64,000 nt of DNA from Deinococcus sp. (GTDB lineage: Bacteria > Deinococcota > Deinococci > Deinococcales > Deinococcaceae), in the NCBI GenBank assembly GCA_965261005.1, contig OZ253375.1, forward strand, positions 1,024,001 through 1,088,000, in the 5' to 3' direction. This document shows positions 56,497 through 64,000 of the stretch, in pieces. The position numbers were made by a program, and so were the translations under genes. The notes beneath the pieces are model-generated. The model ran no database searches, was not told where the DNA came from, and saw only the letters and a list, made by a program, of their open reading frames with translations. Each line of letters begins with the position of its first letter. The stretch's first letter is position 1.

Positions 56497-57046
56497 GTCC
56501 CTGCCGCATCACATCCTTTGGCGCTCCCTCGACGGGATTGGCCTCGAATACCTGACCCTGGCCGAGCGGCAGGGCGGGATCGCCGTCCAAAGTACCGTCA
56601 TTGGTATGAAGGATGAACCCTCTACGCTGCGCTACAACCTTCAGCTCGATAGGCGCTGGCAGGTGCGCCAAGTTGAACTGCGGCTGCTCGGGCACGAAAG
56701 CTCGCTCAACCTCACTTCCGACGGGAAGGGCCGCTGGTCGAACGCCGCCGGCGATTTGCCGGAGCTGAACGGTTGCCTGGACGCGGACATCTCGGCCACG
56801 CCCTTCACCAACACGCTGCCGGTCCGTCGCCTGGGACTGGCCGCCGGCGAGGCCGCCGAAATTGCGGTGGTCTACCTGACCGTGCCGACGCTATCCTTCC
56901 GGGTCGGGCACCAACGCTACACGCACCTGAAAGACAGGCTCTACCTCTACGAAAACCTATCAAGCGGCTACCGCGCCGAGATTGAGGTGGACGGGGCTGG
57001 GTTGGTTGTGCGCTATCCGGGCTTGTTCGAGCGCCTTTATGGGTAG
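56486..57046 (+). CDS. Putative glycolipid-binding domain (DUF1089-like) protein
   Basis: GCLDADISATPFTNTLPVRRL, QRY, YPGLFER. Confidence 0.8.
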   Translation: MGFESLPHHILWRSLDGIGLEYLTLAERQGGIAVQSTVIGMKDEPSTLRYNLQLDRRWQVRQVELRLLGHESSLNLTSDGKGRWSNAAGDLPELNGCLDADISATPFTNTLPVRRLGLAAGEAAEIAVVYLTVPTLSFRVGHQRYTHLKDRLYLYENLSSGYRAEIEVDGAGLVVRYPGLFERLYG

Positions 57047-59256
57047 CGCAAGTCCAGCATCTCCCCCGCCGCGTCCACCGCCACCGCGCCGCCCGACCTC
57101 AGCTGCCCGAACAGCATCTCGTCGGCCAGGGGACGCTTGAGCCGCTCCTCGATCACGCGGGCCAGCGGGCGGGCGCCCATGCTCGGGTCGTAGCCCAAGC
57201 GGGCCAGCAGGGCGCGGGCGGCCGGCGTGACCGTGAGGCGCACCTCACGCCCTTCGAGCTGGCCCTGAAGGTCGCGCAGGAACTTGTCCACCACCAAGCC
57301 CATCACGTCCCTCGACAGCGGGGCGAAGGGGACGACGGCGTCGAGGCGGTTGCGGAACTCCGGGCTAAAGGCGCGCTCGACGGCCTCGCGCTGCTCGCCC
57401 TCGCGGGTGACGCGTCCGAAGCCGAGGGCGGGGCGGCCCGCCTCGGCGGCGCCCGCGTTGGAGGTCATGATCAGGTAGGCGCCCCGGAAGTTCACGCTCT
57501 TGCCGGTGTGGTCGGTCAGGGTGCCGTGGTCCATCACCTGGAGGAGCAGGTTGTAGATATCCGGGTGGGCCTTTTCCACCTCGTCGAGCAGCACGACCGC
57601 GTGCGGGTTCTTGGCGACCGCCTCGGTGAGCAGGCCGCCCTGATCGAAGCCGACATAGCCGGGGGGCGCCCCGATCAGGCGCGAGGCGGTGTGGGCCTCT
57701 TGGTACTCGGACATGTCGAAGCGGATCAGCTCCACGCCCAGCACCCGCGCCAAGGTGCGCGCCAGCTCGGTCTTGCCGACGCCGGTGGGGCCGGTGAACA
57801 GGAAGTTCCCCTGCGGCTTTTGGGGATCGCGCAGCCCGGCGCGGGCCAACTTGACCGCCGAGGCCAGCAGGCGCACCGCCTCTTCTTGGCCGTACACGCT
57901 GGCGCGCAAGTCGGCCTCCAAGGTGGCGAGGCTGGCCGTTTCCTCCTGCCGCACGCTGCCGAGGGGGACGCGGGCCATACGCGCCACAGTGGCCTCGACA
58001 TCGGTCAGGCCGATCTCGCCACCCTTCTGCTTGCCCAGCGCGCGGGCGGCGCCGGCCTCGTCCATCACGTCAATCGCCTTGTCGGGCAAAAAGCGGTCGC
58101 GCAGGTAGCGGGCCGAGAGGCCCACGGCGCCGCGCAACGCCTCGGGCGCGTAGGTCACGCCGTGGTGCGCGGCGTAGGCGGGCGCCAGTCCCCTCAGAAT
58201 CTCCAGCGCCTCTTCTTCCGAAGGCTCGGGCAGGTCAATCGCCTGAAAGCGGCGCCACAGCGCGCGGTCCCCCTGAAGATGGCGCAACTCGGCCGGCGTG
58301 GTCGCGCCGATCACGCGCAGCTCGCCGCGCGCGAGGGCGGGCTTGAGCAAATTGGCGGCGTCCATCGCCCCGCCCTGTACCGCGCCCGCGCCCACGATGG
58401 TGTGGAGTTCGTCAATGAACAGCAACGCCTTTTGGCCGGTCAGGGCGGCCAGCACGGCGCCGACCCGCTCCTCGAAGTCGCCCCGGAAGCGCGTGCCAGC
58501 CAGCAGCGCGCCCATGTCGAGGGCGTAGAGTTCGGCGCCCTCTAGAATGGCCGGGACGTCGCCCTTCACGATGCGCGACGCCAGGCCCTCCACCACGGCC
58601 GTCTTGCCCACGCCCGGCTCCCCCACCAGCACCGGGTTGTGCTTGGTGCGCCGCGCCAGGACGTGCAGCATGCGCTCAATCTCCGCCTCGCGCCCGATCA
58701 CCTGGTCGAGCTGCCCGGCGCGCGCCCGCTCGGTCAGGTTGTCGCAGTAGTCGGTCAGCGGGTCGCTTTGAGGGGGCGCCTCCCCTTCGCCGGCCAGCTC
58801 GCCGTGGTTGTCCACCCCCTTGGTGCGCTTGGGAGCGAGCGGGGTGCCGTGCGAGATGTAGCGCAGCACCCCCAAGCGCGTGACGCCGGCACCTTCGAGC
58901 AAACTGCGCGCATAGGAATCCGGCTCTTGAAGCAGTTCGGCCAGCACCCGCGCGCCGTCGGCATTCTCGTTCTCCTTGCCGGCCGCGCGCAGCTGGATGG
59001 CGGCGCGCTGCACCGCGCGCTGGGTGCCCAGGGTGAACTCCGGTTCCTCGGCGCCCGTCTCGAAGTCGGCGATAAAGGCGTTCAGGTCGGCGCGCAGCCT
59101 CACGAGGTCGGCCCCGCAGGCCAGCAGGGCCGCCCGGCCCTCTGGGTCGTCGAGCAGCGCGAGCAGCAGGTGTTCGAGCGTCACGTACTCGTGCGCGTGC
59201 TCGCGCGCCAGCTCCAGCGAGCGGCCCAGCGTGGTTTGTAGATTGTCCGAAAGCAT
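57037..59256 (-). CDS. clpA: ATP-dependent Clp protease ATPase ClpA
   Basis: [26 protein letters not shown]; follows clpS. Confidence 0.94.
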   Translation of the reverse strand: MLSDNLQTTLGRSLELAREHAHEYVTLEHLLLALLDDPEGRAALLACGADLVRLRADLNAFIADFETGAEEPEFTLGTQRAVQRAAIQLRAAGKENENADGARVLAELLQEPDSYARSLLEGAGVTRLGVLRYISHGTPLAPKRTKGVDNHGELAGEGEAPPQSDPLTDYCDNLTERARAGQLDQVIGREAEIERMLHVLARRTKHNPVLVGEPGVGKTAVVEGLASRIVKGDVPAILEGAELYALDMGALLAGTRFRGDFEERVGAVLAALTGQKALLFIDELHTIVGAGAVQGGAMDAANLLKPALARGELRVIGATTPAELRHLQGDRALWRRFQAIDLPEPSEEEALEILRGLAPAYAAHHGVTYAPEALRGAVGLSARYLRDRFLPDKAIDVMDEAGAARALGKQKGGEIGLTDVEATVARMARVPLGSVRQEETASLATLEADLRASVYGQEEAVRLLASAVKLARAGLRDPQKPQGNFLFTGPTGVGKTELARTLARVLGVELIRFDMSEYQEAHTASRLIGAPPGYVGFDQGGLLTEAVAKNPHAVVLLDEVEKAHPDIYNLLLQVMDHGTLTDHTGKSVNFRGAYLIMTSNAGAAEAGRPALGFGRVTREGEQREAVERAFSPEFRNRLDAVVPFAPLSRDVMGLVVDKFLRDLQGQLEGREVRLTVTPAARALLARLGYDPSMGARPLARVIEERLKRPLADEMLFGQLRSGGAVAVDAAGEMLDLRYP

Positions 59257-59265
59257 CCCCTTAAG

Positions 59266-59583
59266 TTAGCCTCCCTCATCCGGCTCTATGGTGACTTGCA
59301 ACGGGTACCCCTCGGCGCGTGCCGCCGCCGTCACCTGGGCCGTCTTGGTCTCGGCCACCTCGCGGGTGTAGACCCCAGCCACCCCACGCCCCTGTTGGTG
59401 AACGGCCAGCATCACGCGGACGGCTTCCGGCTCGCTTTTGCGAAAGTAGCGGGTCAGCACCTCCACCACGAAGTCCATCGGCGTGTAGTCATCGTTGAGC
59501 AGCAGCACCTTGTACTGCGGCGGGCGCGCGGTTGTCGTACGCTCCTCCAGCTGGGTTCCCGCGTCGCGCCGCGTCACGGCCAC
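59266..59583 (-). CDS. clpS: Clp adaptor ClpS
   Basis: YKVLLLNDDYTPMDFVV. Confidence 0.96.
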   Translation of the reverse strand: MAVTRRDAGTQLEERTTTARPPQYKVLLLNDDYTPMDFVVEVLTRYFRKSEPEAVRVMLAVHQQGRGVAGVYTREVAETKTAQVTAAARAEGYPLQVTIEPDEGG

Positions 59584-59877
59584 TCAGCCCGACTGCCCCA
59601 CGCCGGGGGTGACGTCCAGCACGAAGGCCGGCCGGCCGCCCAGCATGAAGTCCCGGGGCGCGCGAATGGTGACCTGACCGCCCACCGACTCGACCAGCCG
59701 CAGCAAGTCCTCCAGGGAGCTGAGCGCGATCTTCCAACCCTGCACGTCGTTTTCGCCCAAGTGCTCCCCCGCGCCCTCGCCCTCTATGGCGGGAATGCCC
59801 ACCGGCGTCTCCACCGCACCGGGCAGCAGGGGCGACTCGTGAATGACCTGACCGGACTGAAACACGATAAATTCCAT
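59584..59877 (-). CDS. Hypothetical protein
   Basis: Abuts clpS; TACACT 6 nt before ATG. Confidence 0.7.
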   Translation of the reverse strand: MEFIVFQSGQVIHESPLLPGAVETPVGIPAIEGEGAGEHLGENDVQGWKIALSSLEDLLRLVESVGGQVTIRAPRDFMLGGRPAFVLDVTPGVGQSG

Positions 59878-59966
59878 GCCGCAGTGTAAACAAGGGCCGC
59901 CGGACGCGGCCTCATACAACGTTAAAGGGCGGGCGCCGTGGCGCCCGCCCTCAGCCCAACCCTTTC

Positions 59967-60251
59967 TCACTCGTTCGGGTCGCTGTCCATCCAGTTTTGG
60001 TGTACCTCGTCGAGGGTCTTGTCCAGGGTCACGCGCACGTCGTCGGCGCCGCGCACCCAGTCCAGCGGAATCCAGTGGTGGGTATGGTCGGTGGAGTCGC
60101 TGCGGGTCAGCTTGATGTAGTCCCCCTGCAAGTGGTCCACCGTCCCCACGTGGGAGCCGTCGGTGGCCTCGACCTGCAAGTGCTCGGTGATGGCGTCGCG
60201 AATGTCCTGGTTGACGCGCTGGTGAATCTGATCATTGCCCGAATCGGTCAT
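59967..60251 (-). CDS. DUF2171 family protein
   Basis: DGSHVGTVDH..G.YIKLTRSDS...HHWIPLDWV. Confidence 0.88.
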   Translation of the reverse strand: MTDSGNDQIHQRVNQDIRDAITEHLQVEATDGSHVGTVDHLQGDYIKLTRSDSTDHTHHWIPLDWVRGADDVRVTLDKTLDEVHQNWMDSDPNE

Positions 60252-60331
60252 GCTGTGTTCCTCCTGCGCTCAAGCTAGCCGGCCGAGCTGAGGGCCGACA
60301 TGAAGAGGGCTTGAGCGATACCTGAGACTTG

Positions 60332-61699
60332 TTACGGTGTTGCGCGCCAGCCGCTATTGGTGCTGCTGCCGCCGGTGAAGACGAAGCCGTCGCCAATGGC
60401 CGCCGCCACGCCGGACACCCGTTTCATCGGCAGCCGGGTCAGCTCAGTCCAGCTGTTCGTCGCCGGGTCGTAGGCGCTCACGTCGTCCATCGCCACATCG
60501 TGCGACGTCTCGCCGCCCGCCGTCACGATGCGCCCGTTCAGCACAAAGGTCGAGTTGGCAGTATGGCTGCGCGCGCTTGGCAGGTCGTGCAGGCGGGTCC
60601 AAGTGTCGCTGGCCGGGTCGTACACGTCCACCTCTGTCTGCGTGACCAGCTTCTCGTCGTGTCCATGCTGGCCGCCGATGGCGTAGATCTTGCCGTTCAA
60701 GACGGCCGAACCCATGTGGTGCCGGGGATTGGGCAGGGGTGATTTGGCCGTCGTCCAGCTGGTCGCACCGTTCGCCAAATCAAGCACGTAATGGTCACCC
60801 ACGTCCTGAGTGCGCGCCATGTTGGTGCCGCCGAAGTAGTGCAACTGGCCGTCCAGGTATTCCAATTGGCCGGCGGCGCGCTCCACGGGCAAATCGGGCA
60901 GGCGGGTGTAGGTGTTGGCGGCAGCGTTGCCGGGGGCGGCGACGTTGTAGCGCCACACCGCCTTGGTGCCGAAGATCTGCCCGGTCCAGTTCGCGTCGGC
61001 GACGTAGCCGCCGGCATAGAAGACGTTGGTCCCGTCACTGGTCATGCCCGCGTGGGTGGCACCGCGGTCCGGCATGTTGGCGATGGGCGTCCAACTGTTC
61101 TTGACAGGGTCGTAGAGGTAAGCGCGGTCGGTGGGGGTGCAGCAGGCTTTGGCGCCGGAAAGGTCGAAGCCGCCGAAGGTGTAGAGCTTGCCGCCCACCG
61201 CGATTCCTTGAGCCTCGGACACCTTGTAGGGCTGATTGGCGATGGGCGCGTAGGTGAAGGTGGTGGGCAGGGCGGGACGGGTGGCGTTGACGCTGGCGGG
61301 ACCCGAGGCGTTGCCGCTCTTGTCCACGGCGACCACCTGGTAATAGAAGACCCGTCCGGCCGGCACCGAGGTGTCGTTGTACGCAGAGACGGTCAGCAGG
61401 GTGGGGGTCAAGGGGGTGAACGGCCCGGACGCGCTCTCGCCGCGCGACACCTTGTAGCCTGCCAAGTCACCCTCGGCGTTGTCCGCCCAGTCCAGCGCGA
61501 CGCCCGCCGCAGACGGCGTGGCCTTTAAGCCACTGGGAGCGGTGGGCGGTGTCGTATCTATGGGCGTGGGATCGGCGGGGGCTTCTTGGGCCGGCGGCTC
61601 CGGCGAGACGGTCGGCGCCGTGTCCGAGCACGCCCACAGCGATCCGGCGACCGAGGCCGTCAGCAAGACGGTCATCCCTATTTTTTGACGCTGGTTCAT
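60332..61699 (-). CDS. Lipoprotein with FN3 domain and Kelch beta-propeller
   Basis: LWAC lipobox; YYQVVAVDKSGNAS FN3; repeated GG...YDP..NSW Kelch motifs. Confidence 0.88.
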   Translation of the reverse strand: MNQRQKIGMTVLLTASVAGSLWACSDTAPTVSPEPPAQEAPADPTPIDTTPPTAPSGLKATPSAAGVALDWADNAEGDLAGYKVSRGESASGPFTPLTPTLLTVSAYNDTSVPAGRVFYYQVVAVDKSGNASGPASVNATRPALPTTFTYAPIANQPYKVSEAQGIAVGGKLYTFGGFDLSGAKACCTPTDRAYLYDPVKNSWTPIANMPDRGATHAGMTSDGTNVFYAGGYVADANWTGQIFGTKAVWRYNVAAPGNAAANTYTRLPDLPVERAAGQLEYLDGQLHYFGGTNMARTQDVGDHYVLDLANGATSWTTAKSPLPNPRHHMGSAVLNGKIYAIGGQHGHDEKLVTQTEVDVYDPASDTWTRLHDLPSARSHTANSTFVLNGRIVTAGGETSHDVAMDDVSAYDPATNSWTELTRLPMKRVSGVAAAIGDGFVFTGGSSTNSGWRATP

Positions 61700-61720
61700 C
61701 AAACCCCTCCAATTTGAATT

Positions 61721-61750
61721 GGGCGGAAGCAGCTTGGCCTGCTTCCGCCC
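61721..61750. other. Intergenic 12-bp hairpin
   Basis: GGGCGGAAGCAG-N6-CTGCTTCCGCCC between the two lipoprotein genes. Confidence 0.6.
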
Positions 61751-61763
61751 ACTGTAGTACGGC

Positions 61764-63683
61764 TCAGCGCAAAATTTCGATGCCCGAGATGGCCGGGAAG
61801 TCCACGCTGGCGCTCAGGGCGATGGTCAAGAAGCCGTCCGTCACCTGCACGTTGTCGAGCTGCTTGACCAGGGCCGCGTAACGCCCCACCTGAGCCGCGA
61901 TATCGAGGTTGGCGATGCGAGGCGCGACCTCGTTCTGAACGCTCACATCGAAGACCCGCTTCCCAGCCTGACCGTACGCCTGGTCCACGAAGTGCAGCTT
62001 CAGCGAGTAGACGCCGTTGTTGACGGGAAGCTTGTAGGTCAGCACACGCTGGTTCTGCGGCGTTTCCGCGCCCACGTTGCCACGGTACGTCTGATACAAC
62101 TTCGGATTGTTGGTACCAGAGATAGGACCCGTGTACGCCGTCGCGGGTTCACTGATGGCTGTGTCGGGCGAGTACGGGGTGTAGACGTAGCCATTCTGGC
62201 CCGTATCCTTGTCGGGCTGCCACGCGTCGCCGTTCGCGGGGAAGCTGGGACCGCCGACGTTGATCAGCACCGGGGCGGGCTTCACGTTGGAGACAATGTA
62301 AACGTTGTCGTTGTAGTCGTAGTTGACGCCGGAGTAGTCCATCACCATGAAATAGGTGTTGGGAATGGGGGCGCCGTCGCGGTCCTTGAGGGGCCAGAAG
62401 CGCACGTGCTGACCGCACGGTTTGGCACAGCCGTTGTCCACGTCCACGATTCGATCATTTTTCGTCGGATCGCTCCACTCGGCGTAGTCCACTTTAAAGC
62501 CAAAGGTTGTGGCGCTCGGCGTGAAGGGGCCAGTCGCCAACTGACTGCTGGAGTTTTTCGAGTGTGGCAGCACCGTTTGACCATCGAAACCGGATCCGTT
62601 CAAGACCTCCTTCAGGTCGCCGCTCCCCTTGGCATACCAATACAAAGGTGCGCTGTGATCGGGACCCCCAGGCTTGTTCTGGGTGTGGTAGGCCGCCAGC
62701 TGCCGCGCCACCACCGGCTGGGTCGCGTCGGCGCGCTGCCAATACGCCGAGAGCACCTCGTCGCCCTGCGCCCGCACCAAGCCGTCTTGGTTGATGTCTT
62801 TGGCCGCTCCCAACAGATCGAAGTTGTAGCCAAAAGCGTTTTTCAGCGTGAGCACGCTCGGCTCCGTGACCCGCCCATTGTCGCTCTCTGACGCCGATTG
62901 CCACACGCCCGCCAGCTGAACGTTCGTCTTGGCCGTGGCGGCGTTTGAGGTGATGGTCAAGTTGCCGGCGTGGACTATGCCCACACTGGCCTCCCCCGAC
63001 TGGGCCACGAACTTCACGCGCACGTCGAGAAACTTGCCGGGGTCTACCTTGGCGGGCAAGGGAACAGGAGGGTCCACGACGAAGTCGCCGGTGTTGACGC
63101 CCAGGCCGCTGACTTGCAGCGCCACGTCACCCTCGTTGTGCAGGCGCACGGTGGCGGTGTCATGCACGATGTTGGCCGGCGGGCTTGCCAAGCTGCCGAT
63201 CCGGCTGAAGACCAAGCGGTCAGGGTAAGGCACCACGTCCAGGTTCTCCAGCGTCAGCTTGGGTCCGGGGCGCGCGGCGTTGACGGAGGCGAAACCTGAG
63301 GCGTTGCCGCTCTTGTCCACGGCCACCACCCGGTAATAGGAGGTCGCGCCCACCGGCGCCGAGGCGTCGCTGTAACTAGAGACTGTGAGCAGTTCCGGCG
63401 TCAACACCGTATACGGCCCGGACGCGCTGCTCGCCCGCGACACCTTGTAGCCGGCCAGGTCGTCCTCGCCGTTGTCGGCCCAGTCGAGCGCTACGCCCGC
63501 CGCAGACGGGGTGGCCGTCAGGGCGCTCGGCGCGGCGGGAGCGGTGGTGTCCTTGCCCGGGACGGTTTGAGTCGGCGTCGGCGCAGCGGTCGGTCCCTGA
63601 CCCGAGCACGACCACAGCAGCCCGGCAGCCAACACGCCGGTCAGCCCCGCCCGCCATCTTTTCACGCCAGCTTGTCCAGTCAT
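61764..63683 (-). CDS. Lipoprotein with FN3, Ig-like and C-terminal malectin domains
   Basis: LWSC lipobox; FN3; INVGG...LYQTYR...LKLHF...GKRVFDV...ISGIEI malectin. Confidence 0.85.
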   Translation of the reverse strand: MTGQAGVKRWRAGLTGVLAAGLLWSCSGQGPTAAPTPTQTVPGKDTTAPAAPSALTATPSAAGVALDWADNGEDDLAGYKVSRASSASGPYTVLTPELLTVSSYSDASAPVGATSYYRVVAVDKSGNASGFASVNAARPGPKLTLENLDVVPYPDRLVFSRIGSLASPPANIVHDTATVRLHNEGDVALQVSGLGVNTGDFVVDPPVPLPAKVDPGKFLDVRVKFVAQSGEASVGIVHAGNLTITSNAATAKTNVQLAGVWQSASESDNGRVTEPSVLTLKNAFGYNFDLLGAAKDINQDGLVRAQGDEVLSAYWQRADATQPVVARQLAAYHTQNKPGGPDHSAPLYWYAKGSGDLKEVLNGSGFDGQTVLPHSKNSSSQLATGPFTPSATTFGFKVDYAEWSDPTKNDRIVDVDNGCAKPCGQHVRFWPLKDRDGAPIPNTYFMVMDYSGVNYDYNDNVYIVSNVKPAPVLINVGGPSFPANGDAWQPDKDTGQNGYVYTPYSPDTAISEPATAYTGPISGTNNPKLYQTYRGNVGAETPQNQRVLTYKLPVNNGVYSLKLHFVDQAYGQAGKRVFDVSVQNEVAPRIANLDIAAQVGRYAALVKQLDNVQVTDGFLTIALSASVDFPAISGIEILR

Positions 63684-64000
63684 TGCGTTCTCCCCGGATG
63701 ACGGGGGCGGTCGCTGCCTTTCCCAAGACGTCACCCTTGTCATGCTGATCTTTAACGATCCTCACTCAGCGTGGCCGGTGCAGCGTAACAGCTTCGTTGA
63801 AAACTTCATGCTGGTCGGTCCACCTTCTGTCCGGCCAACGACCCCACCCTGAGAACAAGCGGCAGCCACGTCTCAGCTCCACTCATGAATTTCTTTGAGA
63901 AACACGCGAACGAGCGCTCATGTTGAGAGCATTTTTGCTGACGGCCGGCGCCGTAAGCGCTGTTTCCATCTCGCCGGGCGGGCCGGGCGTGTTTACTTTT

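Noticed and set aside
63908..63925. GAGCGCTC palindrome as LacI-type operator for the lipoprotein genes
   Set aside because: Only 8 bp and no regulator gene in the window

Overview
High-GC bacterial chromosome segment, most consistent with Deinococcus (gene content, -10-plus-leaderless starts, ATACGGATTCCG-ended small repeats). 15.8-64 kb is mostly ordinary backbone: murG-murC-murB-ftsQ-ftsA-ftsZ, ribF, NadM-Nudix/NadV, gatA, scpB, pilC, ispH, clpS-clpA, two cold-shock genes, a PAS-GGDEF-EAL protein, a U32/rRNA-methylase pair and two FN3 lipoproteins. The notable part is a ~15 kb accessory region between an FtsW/RodA gene and murG. It holds a DUF4157(HExxH)-SH3-LysM-like polymorphic toxin N-terminus cut by an IS, plus an AT-rich array of toxin tips and candidate immunity genes on the opposite strand: two paralogous PRPxGN...AYPxAGKGGxxQFMG toxins with paralogous partners, an ADP-ribosyltransferase tip and a short remnant tip. 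Swapped TTAA flanks on two inverted IS copies (identical transposases) indicate the array was flipped by a 10.7 kb inversion. Six IS copies of five types and one IS end remnant are present. Family names come from motif recognition only; no searches were run.
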